The position numbers and the translations under genes are program-made. From assembly GCA_964016885.1 (NCBI GenBank), contig OZ024742.1, forward strand, positions 55,552,001-55,616,000: a stretch of DNA of 64,000 bases, written 5' to 3'. Within the stretch, counting starts at the first letter, position 1. Every line of letters begins with the position of its first letter. This DNA comes from Eledone cirrhosa. Its lineage: Eukaryota. Below are positions 28,404-40,100 of this stretch, in pieces. The notes beneath the pieces are model-generated. The model saw nothing but the letters and a program-made list of their open reading frames with translations. It was not told the origin of the DNA and did no database searches.

Positions 28404-29916
28404 GAAGGATACAAGTATTTGGGCGTTCTGGAGGCTGATGGCATAAAGAACAAAAAATGAAGGAATTGTTAAGAACTGAATACATTCGGAGAGTTAGGAG
28501 CGTATTGAAGTCACATCTGAACAGCAGAAATGCCATAAGCGCAGTAAATTCCCGAGCTGTGTCTATTATCAGGTACAGTGCGGGAATTCTGAGATGGAAT
28601 GTTGCTGAACAAAAAGAAATGGATAGGAAGACTAGGAAGCTATTGACTATCTACAACATGTTCCACAAGAGGAGTGATGTCGATAGACTCTACCTAAGGA
28701 GATCTGAGGGTGGAAGAGGTCTTATCAGCATAGAGGACTGTGTTCAGATGGAGAAAAACAACCTATACAAATACGTGACCTACAGTAAGGAGCCAATGCT
28801 CAGAGCTGTACTGAAGGAGGGGACAGTAGGCCAGGGGATGTCCAAGGAGGAAATAACTGTTTCTATTTTAGGCACAACGCCAGCAATTACCCAGTACATT
28901 ACTGGTACTTTATTTTATCGACCCCGTAAGGATGAAAGGCAAAGTTAACCTCGGCGGGATTTGAACTCAGATCATAAAGGGACGTAACTATGCTTCAAAG
29001 CATGGTGTCCGACTCTCTACCGATACTGCCAATCCACCGAGGAAATAACATCAAGGAGGAAGAGCAGCCTTAAGGGAAAATCCCTTCATAGTACCTTCTT
29101 TGAGAAAACTGAATTTAGATATCCACAGACATGGAACTGGTTGAGAAGAGGAGACCTCAAAAAGGCTACAGAAGGAATGCTAATGGCTGCGCAGGAGCAG
29201 GCCCTCAAAACGAAGTGGTTGAAGCACCATATCTACAAGGAGGAGGCTAGCCCACTATGCAGGATCTGTGGAGAGAGAGAGGAGACTGTGGCTCACATTG
29301 TGTCCGAGTGTAAACACCTAGCCCAGACCCACAATAAGGGCTGGAGACACGATGTGATGGGCAGGGTGATCCACTGGCACCTGTGCAAAGTAAACAGTTT
29401 ACCATATTCTGAGAAATGGTATGAGCATAGGCCAGAGGCGGTGATGGAGAACAATCAGGTGAAGGTGCTGTGAGATTTTAGGATACAGACGGACAAAAAA
29501 CTGGAACACAATAGACCTGACCTGGTGGTTGTGGATAAAGAAAAAAGATCGTGCCTGATTGTGGGTGTGGCCTGCCCGTTCGACACGAGAGTGCAAGAGA
29601 AGGAGAGGGAGAACATTAACCGATACCAGGACCTAAAGTGGGAGGTGAAAAGGATTTGGAACTGCCATGAAGTCAAAGTGATCCCGATTGTCATAGGCGC
29701 ACTGGGGACTATCTCCAAAAGTTTCCAGGGATGGTTAAAGAAAATCGGCCGCTTCACGCTTTTTGGAACGCTTCAAAAGGCATGCTTGCTTGGAACAGCA
29801 AGAACCCTCCGATACGTCCTGAATATCTGAGGCTGCAGGTAGTGGCTTGATATTCAATCCAACGGACTTTCCAGTTAACCAACATCAATGACTGAGATTC
29901 AAGGAATAACAACAAC

Positions 29917-29967
<51 letters not shown>
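28401..29967 (+). mobile_element. R4/Dong-type LINE copy D4, 5'-truncated, interrupted by a SINE
   Basis: Near-identical to D3 20313-21664; (AAT)n tail at 29905-29967. Confidence 0.95.
28858..29038 (-). mobile_element. tRNA-derived SINE inserted in D4
   Basis: Reverse complement of the SINE family; 11-bp TSD GAGGAAATAAC at 28847-28857 and 29039-29049; the empty site is visible in D3. Confidence 0.95.
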
Positions 29968-29969
<2 letters not shown>

Positions 29970-30229
29970 TTTCTTTATTAACCACAAGGGTTTACATAAA
30001 GTAGACATTAAGGACAGTGCAGGACAATGCAGGACGGTACAAATGGGCATTTCTGCGTGTAAAAAAAGAAAAACAGAGGATGTAACAAAAATAACAATGA
30101 AAATAACAATGAAAAATTCCCCAATAGGGGGGAGACTTCGGAGGGACATTTGTGGAGAAAGCCCAGTAAAAAGCCACAATGACCCTGACCACCAAGGCAA
30201 GTGCCCTCTCCCAGTTTTCCACCTTTAGT

Positions 30230-33200
30230 TTACAGATATATGCTCAGAGTAGGCCCATTCACTCGGGCCATTCTTGCTTCTCTCACCCATCTTTCAACAA
30301 AATGCTGGGAAGAGAGCACTTCCCTCTCTACTCTGATTTTCCTTTTCAAATGAAATTTGAAAAAGTCAATCAGAGCATCACCGAAGAGGTAAGTGCTCGT
30401 CTTCAGCCCTTTCAAACGTGTCCACCATACTATCTCTTTCGCCATGGCCACCAGGCAGATAAAAACTGCCTGCCCTTCCCGGCTAAAGGAGGAGGGCGGG
30501 GCAATCCTCACGATGGACTCAGAAGATAGCCGGATCCGTCCTAAACGCGACAGCAGGTGTTCGACATAAACCCACAAGTCAGCAATTTTCGGACACTGGA
30601 CGAGTGCGTGCAGGACGGTTTCGTCGCCCTGCGCGCATCTCGGACATGCCCGGCTGACGGCACCTCCATGCCTGTAGAGTTTATCCCGAACTGGCAAGGC
30701 TCCTCGGTAGCACTGCCAGGCCAGAGATTTCTGGAAGTTGTCCATAGGCCCTGGCCCGAAAGTTCTTCCGAAGAGATTGGCTAGTTGATTTTCGTCGACG
30801 CCTAGAGTTTCCCCAAGTACGTCGTCGCTCTTCCCCTCCACTAATCCTCTATAGAACGCCGAGGTGGAGTTTCCACCGATCACATTGCCCGATTGGTCGA
30901 GGGCTGTGAGCGCCTGAAGACATTCCAGTCTCCAGGCGCTCCCTCTCGGTCTTCGCTTGACCCAGGACTGCAGCTCCGTCAAGGAAACGAGCTGGGGAAA
31001 CACGCGTCTATCAAACGGCGACCACACCTGATCACCGTCGAGGAAGAGGTGGAGATGTCGTAGCCTGAGCGCGTGCCTGCGCATCATCAGCCACGGCATG
31101 CCCAGCCCTCCACGTAGCGGGTGTTGACAACAGATGGACCGCCTGACCATCGGAGCGCGTCCCTTCCACAAAAAGCGAAAGAGCAAACGCTCCAGCACAG
31201 TCAGGCGAGGCTTAGGACAAGGTACGACGGTCAGGCGGTAGCAGATGACGGACGCGATGTACGCGTTAGCCACCTCCGCTCGACCTTTCAGGGATAGCTT
31301 CCTCTCGGCCCATTTCTGGGTGAGAGAAGCCACCCTGCTCGTCACCTCGTCCCAGTTTTTGTCCGTCTGGAGGTCCGGACCGAACCAGACCCCTAGCAAT
31401 TTAACCGGTCCGTCCGTCCAACGTCCGACGACGCTGTTGGACGGCATGGACCTGCCTCTCCAGGTGCCGAGCTGCAGGCCCACTGACTTTTCCTGGTTGA
31501 TCATTGCTCCTGTCACCGCTTCGTATTCTCTTAGTGTAGTGCCGATCGCCTCGATGTGTTTGGCGTTCGACACCACTACGGTGACATCGTCCGCATATGC
31601 TGATACGGATCTTCCGCATCCTAGTTCGCGCGGGACCCCCCTCAACATCTCCAGTTTGTGCAGTAATGGCTCGAGAGTCAATACGTACAAGAGGGACGAG
31701 AGGGGACATCCTTGGCGGACCGAGCGCATGATGTTGAACGGTTCCGACAGGTGACCGTTCACTCTCACCACAGAGCAGATGTCGCTGTGCATGGCAGCGA
31801 TCCAGCCTCTGAAGACGGGCCCAAAGCCAGCCGCCCTCAGGACTGCCGCTAGGTAACGATGGTCGATCCTATCGAAAGCTTTCGACTGATCTAAATTTAT
31901 CAAGGACCCACCCGTGCCAGGTTCCCTAGCTACCCTCTCTACGATGTATCGCATGAGGTGGAGGTTGTCGTGGATGGATCTGTCGGGAATGGCGCATGTC
32001 TGCGCCTCTCCCACCAGACCACCAACGACAAGCGCCAACCTCTTTGCTAGCACCTTGGCCAAAATCTTAAACTCTGTGTTTAGCAGAGTTATGGGCCGGA
32101 AATTTTCTATGTTATCCCCCTTGTTCGGATCCTTTCTCAGCAGTGCCACCGCTCCTCGGCTCACAGAACTGGGAATTCTCCCGTTCTGTTGCCAGTTGCA
32201 GTAGACGTCCGCCAAGAGGCCTCCGAACAAGTCTGGCATCTGTACGTAAAGTTCATAGGGCAGACCATCCAAACCAGGCGATTTACCCCTTGTGCAGCCA
32301 GTCATTGCCTCCCTTACTTCAGCGGCTGTTATCGGCTTTTCGCAACACTTCGCCTCAGTGGCCGAGAGCCGCGGCAGTCCGTCGAGGTAGACACTAAAGT
32401 CCATCCCTCTACCCGGCCCACTGCTGCCCCCGAACAGCTGAGCGAAGTGTCGCTGAAAAGCTTCACACATTTGCCCGGGATCGAGTAGCATGCGCCCGTC
32501 GTGGTCCACCAAAGACCGGATCGTGGCTTTGTTGCCACGACGCGCCTCCGCCACTCGGGCCCATTGAACGGCTTTCGTCCCCTCGTGTCTGAGAGCACGC
32601 ACCCTTGCTCTGACAACGCAGCCTTCGTGCTTTGCATTGAAGAATTGGTCAAGGGCCAATTTCGCCGCAAGCACGTCGGTCGCAATGCCTTTGCTAAGCG
32701 CCTCGTCTAATTTTCTAACTAGTTCTCCCTCTGCTTTATTTTTCTCTATTGCTAAAGTCTTACTAAACCTAATGGACTCTATTCTAATTGCTCTTTTCAG
32801 AGCAAACCACCACTTGTTGTTGACGATGGCCCCCGTCAACGCCCGCTTAACTAGTTCGCTAATCCGGTCTCTGTAGGCCTTGCGCGCTGGTAAGGACGCG
32901 TTTAGCTTCCAGTAGCCGGGTCCTCGTCTATGAAGCCTATCTAAGTCAAGCACACAGATCACGAATTTGTGGTCCGTGTAGCTGACTATCTTGAATTGTG
33001 GACAGCCTATGCTAGACCTATCTATTTCCCTACAAAATACTCTATCTAGATATGATCTGGATGACCCTATGCGTTTTGTCCAAGTCCACATTGGCACATT
33101 CGGGAAATCCAATCGGTACCTGTCAGACGGTTCAAAACGCCTGAGCAGGTTGGTGAGGCTCTTGCACCCTCCACCCCTATCCGCTAATCCCACACAGTCC

Positions 33201-33649
33201 CAGCGTGCATCTAAGATCCCGTTCCAGTCGCCCACTAACACTAAAGAGCGGGACGTTCCAAGAAAGGTCTCCAGACGCCGGAAGAAATCAGGCCGCCCTG
33301 CTCCTGTCGGGGCATAGACGGCCACTAGCCTGAAAGCTTGCCCGTCTCCGCTGGTCACGTCCAGCACCACCAGCTTACCCTCTGGGTCCCGGAAGATGGC
33401 CCGTATGGCGAGATCCAAACCTCTCCGAAAAAGCACAGCAACTCCTCCACCGGATCCAGGACGGCTGGGAGATGCGTACACATCGTAGCCGCCGAAGATC
33501 GGTGCGAAGGCCCGTGCTTCGGAGATTCTGGTCTCGCTGATGGCCACTACATCTATGTCTAGTGAGCTGAGGTCGTTGAGCAGGTGACCCTGCTTCCATG
33601 ACGACCCCAAGCCACGCGCATTTATGCTGCCTATTCTGAGTGAGGTCAT
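30230..33649 (-). CDS. Tx1-type ORF2: APE endonuclease, reverse transcriptase and C-terminal Zn knuckle, 1139 aa, intact
   Basis: SINARGL, AISET, GDWN, YLDR, TDH (APE); LDQSKAFD, QGCPLS, YADD (RT); CPRC-x8-H-x4-C. Confidence 0.96.
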   Translation of the reverse strand: MTSLRIGSINARGLGSSWKQGHLLNDLSSLDIDVVAISETRISEARAFAPIFGGYDVYASPSRPGSGGGVAVLFRRGLDLAIRAIFRDPEGKLVVLDVTSGDGQAFRLVAVYAPTGAGRPDFFRRLETFLGTSRSLVLVGDWNGILDARWDCVGLADRGGGCKSLTNLLRRFEPSDRYRLDFPNVPMWTWTKRIGSSRSYLDRVFCREIDRSSIGCPQFKIVSYTDHKFVICVLDLDRLHRRGPGYWKLNASLPARKAYRDRISELVKRALTGAIVNNKWWFALKRAIRIESIRFSKTLAIEKNKAEGELVRKLDEALSKGIATDVLAAKLALDQFFNAKHEGCVVRARVRALRHEGTKAVQWARVAEARRGNKATIRSLVDHDGRMLLDPGQMCEAFQRHFAQLFGGSSGPGRGMDFSVYLDGLPRLSATEAKCCEKPITAAEVREAMTGCTRGKSPGLDGLPYELYVQMPDLFGGLLADVYCNWQQNGRIPSSVSRGAVALLRKDPNKGDNIENFRPITLLNTEFKILAKVLAKRLALVVGGLVGEAQTCAIPDRSIHDNLHLMRYIVERVAREPGTGGSLINLDQSKAFDRIDHRYLAAVLRAAGFGPVFRGWIAAMHSDICSVVRVNGHLSEPFNIMRSVRQGCPLSSLLYVLTLEPLLHKLEMLRGVPRELGCGRSVSAYADDVTVVVSNAKHIEAIGTTLREYEAVTGAMINQEKSVGLQLGTWRGRSMPSNSVVGRWTDGPVKLLGVWFGPDLQTDKNWDEVTSRVASLTQKWAERKLSLKGRAEVANAYIASVICYRLTVVPCPKPRLTVLERLLFRFLWKGRAPMVRRSICCQHPLRGGLGMPWLMMRRHALRLRHLHLFLDGDQVWSPFDRRVFPQLVSLTELQSWVKRRPRGSAWRLECLQALTALDQSGNVIGGNSTSAFYRGLVEGKSDDVLGETLGVDENQLANLFGRTFGPGPMDNFQKSLAWQCYRGALPVRDKLYRHGGAVSRACPRCAQGDETVLHALVQCPKIADLWVYVEHLLSRLGRIRLSSESIVRIAPPSSFSREGQAVFICLVAMAKEIVWWTRLKGLKTSTYLFGDALIDFFKFHLKRKIRVEREVLSSQHFVERWVREARMARVNGPTLSIYL

Positions 33650-33684
33650 GTTTAAAATAGAGTGGAAAAGATGGGAAAGACCAC

Positions 33685-35818
33685 TTACCGTACTTTTGGT
33701 AGAGGAGGGATGGTTTTTACATCCCTTTTCACTTGATCGTCTGGTGAAGGGACCGTTGAATCGTCCCTTCGGCTGGTCGTCGGCTCTTCTAAGAGAATGT
33801 CTGAGTATACTCTTCGATTGCTGGTTCCTCCTAGGTCCCTGAAATCACCAACTGCGTTGGGGAATTTCGTTTTAATGTTTGTGTATTGTTTCTGTGCTAT
33901 TTTTAGCAGTCTTATGTTAGTTGGCGTTTTGATTGGTGCTGGTATTATGTAGTCGTGTTGTGAAATGTCTGTGTGTTCAATTATGTAAGTCATTAGTTTC
34001 TTGTTGTGTGTATTTATTGCCGTGCATTTGTTTTTCTGGGGGTGGGGTGTGGTTCTGCTATTTTCTTTTCGTTGTTGCTGGGTGTGTGTGTTTTGTTGTT
34101 GTGTTTGCGATGTTGGTGCTTGTGGTGGTGGTGTTGAAGGTGTTGTTGGCGGTGGGGTTGTCGCCGGTGGTGATGGTGGTGCTAGTGTGGGTGGTGATGG
34201 TGTTGGTGTTGTTGCTGCTGTGGGTCTCTTTGCAGTAGACTTTACCCTTTTCTCATTTCTTTCCTCCCTTTTCAAAGGCGACGATGCGCTGCTTCTGCGT
34301 TTGTGCCTTCTTACGACCTTTTGCCATCCCTCTCCCACATCACACTCCATGTCTGATTCTGTGAGGTCGGGGAGGGGTACCAGCTCCACTCTTTCACTTG
34401 TTGTTGTTGGTGATGTTTGCACTGGAGTCTCTGTTGCAGCTGCATTTGGTATTGCTGTTGTTGTTGTTAATATTTCCACTGCTGCTGCTGTTTTTGATTT
34501 CCGTGGAGTGGGTATGGGTGCCACGGGCCTATCGTTCCTGGTTGCCGCTTGTTCTGTTGCTGGTAGCCGTGGAGCCGGATTCGGAAGGAGGGGGGTTTTC
34601 TCCTTTCTCAGGGTCTTCTCGTTGCAGATGGCCCTGAGGTGAGTCTTCAATCCACAGCGAAAGCATTTCGGGCGTTTGCTCTCAACACTTATGGGCAGTT
34701 GAGGGCCGTTATCGAAGTCTATCACATCCGGGATAGCTTCGATGCACTCCTGGCTGGTTTGGATTAGCATCTCAATGGAGGAGCCGACCCAATCTTCTCT
34801 TACTTTTTTCTGTACTTGCAGTACAGTTGTTTTGTCCTCGATTCCGACGAGGACAGACGCGGCCGGCCAAGAAGGGGTCATTCCGGGGGGGGACGTGGGT
34901 CAGTTTGACCCTCACAATTTTTTGCCCGCAGTAGGAGGGCACCAACACCATTTCCTCGCTCCTTAGGGTCACTACTGATTGGGCCTTTGCCTCCTGGGGT
35001 GTGGCAAAAAGTACGTCTACGGTGGCATATTTTTTGCCTCGGGTGATGTGCGTTTTCCGCTGCCACACAGACCCCAAGGCTTTTTGTATTTGGGCCTCTG
35101 TGGCTCTTTCCACCCTACGGGATTTTGTACTTACTGTACGGTACGTGACCGTACAGTGCTCTTGGGTTTCGAAAAATCTTTCCGCTGCCTTGCAGATTGC
35201 TCGGTGTCCGTTCTTTGTCACCATCTTCTTCGCTTCCTCTAATTCCTCATTTGTTATGAGGATTGTTTCCAAGTTTTACGCAATACCTGCAAATGAGATT
35301 GGTTTTTCTCTGCTGTTGTTGTTGTCGTCAGAGCTGCTGGTACTTTTGTTGTTGCTGCAGGTACTACGACTACTGCCTCCGCCGCTGTTGCTGTGGTTGT
35401 TGTTGGTGTTGCTGCTGCTAATGCTGTTGTTGTTTATGCTGCTGGTGATGCTGTTGCGGCTGCTACTGTTGTTTTCATTGTCACTGTTGCTGTTGTTATT
35501 ACGGCTGCTACTGCTATTATTCCTGACGTCAGACGAATGAACTGGGTTTTCGTATTTCCCGCACACCTGTTTCGTCGCTGTCGTCGTCGTCGTGGAGAAA
35601 CCTTGCACGCTTTGCACGAGACTTTTCTTTTCTTTCGTCACTTGCGAAAGAGAAGGGAGGGAGAGAGACACATTTAAAGAAGGGAGGGAGAGAGACAATC
35701 TTCTCTCTGCTGTAGTGATGATTGAGGAAGAAGAAGACGGAATGAGTGGGAGTGACGTATGAAATTTCTTTTTCGTAGCCCTGTTGTTTTTTTGTTTAAA
35801 ATGAAATTTTGGGTACAA
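33685..35818 (-). pseudogene. T3 ORF1 (gag-like, CCHC knuckle) with one in-frame stop and one frameshift
   Basis: 35276..35818 and 34772..35272 are in the same frame across a TAA; the shift to 33685..34881 falls at a G run near 34885; CFRCGLKTHLRAIC knuckle; Pro/Thr-rich tail. Confidence 0.8.
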
Positions 35819-35998
35819 AACCCCAATAACTGGTTATTTAACCCCGAAGGGCCAAATAACGGACAGAAAGACCCCTCTCACGAGGAGGAGGGTGTCTTTA
35901 TCAACAATTTGGTTCAAGTTTTAAACAATTTACAATTGTTTTAACGGTTAAAAATTACTATACCTTACAGAGCCGAGCCTCCGTCAACCATGGCATTC

Positions 35999-36070
<72 letters not shown>
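35999..36070. repeat. (AAT)n spacer (others at 17870, 19499, 21626, 22465, 28347, 29905, 40960, 41156)
   Basis: Seen directly; a tract lies at every junction between intact element ends in the array. Confidence 0.97.
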
Positions 36071-37139
36071 TGAGAAGAGGAGACCTTAACAAAGAAAGAA
36101 GACGCACGAGGTGCTAGAAGGTCATGAAATAGCTCCCGTAAGTTTTGAATTTTTAACATATTTAAATCATTTGTGAAATAACAACTCTTACTACAAATGC
36201 TACGTAAAGCATCCGGCTTGAGCCCCCCAAAAAATCGGACCCCAAATATATTGTTATAAGCTTCAAATATTCAAATATTCAACTTTGTATTTTACATTGT
36301 ATATTCAAAAAAAAAATGGCTATAAATGGAAGAAGAAGACCCCCCCTCCTCTGTCTACACTATATAGAACAGCCAAACAACACCAATCTCACCAACACCA
36401 GAAACTAGATACACCACCTACGCCATCACCTCTGTGTGTACACTAAACACAACAGCCAGATGACGGCAATTTCACCACCACTACAACCAATCTCAACATA
36501 ATAATGATAATAATAAATACTATTATTATTGTCCCAAGTTTTAACAAAATGTTTAACTCCAACATTAAGGGAATTTATGTCAACACATATACGCGACTAA
36601 CCCAATAGATTCACCGAACGGACATCAGTAACGACAACGCCGCCCATCCATCATTACTACCACTATCCCATCACCGCCGCCACCACTCCTTCATTGCTAC
36701 CACCTCTACAACACCATCACTAGAGTAATACGATCACATCACCACCACCACTGCCTCAGTATCGACATCACCACCACCACTGTCTCAGTATCGCTACCGC
36801 TGCTATTCTCTCCCATTGCTTCCTGCTAGTTGCTGCCACCACATTATAGAGTTCCTACTAAAAAAGAGGAAGGCCTCAAAATATATAGATAGACTCAAGA
36901 GAAAAAAGAGAAAACAAATATCAAAACCAAAGCAGCACAGCAACAACAGCAAAAAAAGAGAAAAACAAAAACAAAAATAAAACGTAAAGAAAATAAGAAT
37001 GAAGAGAGAAACAAGCGGACGGACAGAGAAGAGTAGGGAAAAACTAAGTCAGGCATTCGAACACTACATTACAATGAAACTTATGCTTATTCATTTTTGG
37101 GGTTTTTTCTGCCTGTGTGTTTGTTTGTTTATTTGTGTT

Positions 37140-40100
37140 CGTCTACAGCGTGGTGATAATGCCACACAAGAGCCAAGTGGAGAGACGCAACCACCGGAGA
37201 CGGTGAATCCACAGATGGTTATGTAACCATACATTCGCCAATCCTCGATAAGCGTGTTTAAATATCGAACCTAAACAGTTCGAATAACGGTGAAATGGAG
37301 ACTAGAACGTTGTGACAGACTCTCACCCAACAGGTGCTCCCTGGCTCAGCAGCAGGAACCTGGCTGTCATCCAAATACTGCTGGTGTCGGAGGAAGAAGA
37401 AGAAGGAAAGGGACCAGAACCAACTGGACGAACGAATTGAAGAGAACTGTTATGCAATGTTACCTGAAAAGTAACCCCAAGGAGAGGGGCTATAGGAGAC
37501 GGCTGCATAACATCTGGAACGAGATTGGTTTATTTAAATTAGATGAACAAAAATTGGCCGGGCAGCCTCGGGTAATAAGAACTAATGGGTGGATAAGCGA
37601 GCTGGAACTGGAGGAACTGAGCAGAGAGATTAGCTTGGAGATGGAGGGTGGAGTATGCCAGGCAAACGAGCCAGTGGGAAATGAAGGTGAAGAGGTCGAG
37701 AGAACGGAGGAACCACCCGAAGCAGACAATGATCTGAATACTGAGATAAATAATACCTGGAACAGAGATACGGCCACTGAGGAGATGAATACTGACGGGC
37801 TAGGACAAGATTCGGTTGACATCCTAAATTTAGTGGTAGATGAATTGAACAATGATAGTGGGAGACCTATGAACCTAAGATTTGTAGACAGGAAAAAGTT
37901 AAAAGAAACAACAGCTAAGGTAAACAAAGTCATCCCATACCTTGAGGCGAGGAGCCTTCAGCAGTGCAACAATATCCTCTAAGCAACAGCAAATACGGTG
38001 AGGAAACTACTTGGTATAAAAGCGAGAGGAAACAACAGACAAGAAAGAGCAGAGCCCTGGTGGAAGAAACGACTGAGTGGTCAAATCAGGGAAATAAAAA
38101 ATGACATTGGAAAGCTTGAGTCACTACTGAATGGGACACTAAAAAACATAGGCACTAAAAATAGACTGGAAATAAAGTACAAAACTAGGAGGAAAAAGCT
38201 AAATATTATCATAGAGGAACTGAAGCAACGCATTGTAGCAAAGAGTGCAAAAATCAGGCGATACGAGAACAGAGTCAGTCAGTATAAACAGAACCGCATG
38301 TTCGACAACAACCAGAAGATACTGTTTGGACAGCTTGAGGGGAAAGAAAGAGGCAACAACTTGATCGCTGTTGCGGAACAAACTAAAACATTCTGGAGAG
38401 GAATATGGGAGCAGGATGTTAGACATAATGACCAGGCAGGGTGGATTGAGACAGTACAGAGGGAGATCGGTGAGCAGGCACACCAACAAACTGATTTGAG
38501 TATCACAGTTGAAATTCTTAAGGGGCAGGCCAAAAATCTAACCAACTGGAAATCACCAGGCCCAGATGGTGTGCAGGGGTATTGGATTAAAAATATAACA
38601 TCCCTCCACCCGAAACTGACAACCATGTTCAATGACTGCTTGATGTCAGGTGAGGTACCAGAGTGGTTGACAAAAGGTACCACAGTTCTGATAATGAAAG
38701 ACCGAATCAAGGGTAATGATGTTACCAACTATAGACCTATCACATGTCTGTCCGTAATGTGGAAACTGTTGACGAGCATTGTGTCTGAGGAAATCTACCA
38801 TTACCTGCACACAAACAACTTGTTACCGGACGAACAGAAAGGATGCCGAAAGAAGTCACGTGGTACAAAGGACCGGTTACTTATTGATAAGATGGTAATG
38901 GGGAATTGCAGGAGGAGACACACTGATCTTGCCATGGGATGGATAGACTACAGAAAGGCATTGGACATGGTGCCTCATTCTTGGATCACCAAAAGCCTGG
39001 AGATCTTCAAGGTGGCAGATAACATCAGATAGTTGCTGGGCAAGAGTATGAGGTCCTGGGAAACAGAGTTGACATCAGCTGGAGAATCCTTGGGAAGCGT
39101 GAAGATCAAGAGAGGTATCTTCCAGGGAGATAGCCTGTCCCCTCTGTTGTTTGTCCTTGCCCTAATACCCCTGATCAGTGTACTGCGAAATGTGAGAGCA
39201 GGATACAGGTTGGGAAAGGGAGGGCTTACCATCAATCACCTCCTCTTCGTGGACGATCTTAAGCTCTTCGGGAAGAGTGAGAAGGAGTTGGATGTGCTTG
39301 TTGACACTGTCCGTATTTTCAGCAGTGATATATGTATGCAGTTTGGTATTAGTAAGTGTGGAGTCATTGTGATGAGGAGGGGTAGGTTGAGCAGAAGTAA
39401 CGGAATCCAGATACCAACAGGTGAGATGATAAAGGAAATTGACTCTGAGGAAGGATACAAGTATTTGGGCGTTCTGGAGGCTGATGGCATAAAGAACAAA
39501 AAAATGAAGGAATTGTTAAGAACTGAATACATTCGGAGAGTAAGGAGCGTATTGAAGTCACATCTGAACAGCAGAAATGCCATAAGCGCAGTAAATTCCC
39601 GAGCTGTGTCTATTATTATGTACAGTGCGGGAATTCTGAGATGGAATGTTGCTGAACAAAAAGAAATGGATAGGAAGACTAGGAAGCTATTGACTATCTA
39701 CAACATGTTCCACAAGAGGAGTGATGTTGATAGACTCTACCTAAGGAGATCTGAGGGTGGAAGAGGTCTTATCAGCATAGAGGACTGTGTTCAGATGGAG
39801 AAAAACAACCTACACAAATACGTGACTGATAGTAAGGAGCCAATGCTCAGAACTGTACTGAAGGCGGGGACAATAGGCCAGGGATGTCCAAGGAGGAAAT
39901 AACATCAAGGAGAAAGAGCAGCCTTCAGGAAAAATCCCTTCATAGTACCTTCTTTGAGAAAACTGAATTTAGAAATCCACAAACTGGATGAGCTGTGTCT
40001 ATTATTAGGTACAGTGCGGGAATTCTGAAATGGAATGGTGCTGAACAAAAAGAAATGGATAGGAAGACTATGAAGCTATTGACTATCGACATGTTCCACA

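Larger units (their letters stand above)
29968..35998 (-). mobile_element. Full-length L1/Tx1-type LINE copy T3
   Basis: 5'UTR, ORF1, intact ORF2, and 3'UTR with AATAAA; (AAT)n on both sides. Confidence 0.96.

Noticed and set aside
26463-35677. Gly/Val/Leu-rich + strand ORFs over T2 and T3 ORF1
   Set aside because: Antisense shadows of Pro/Thr/Asn-rich ORF1 sequence.
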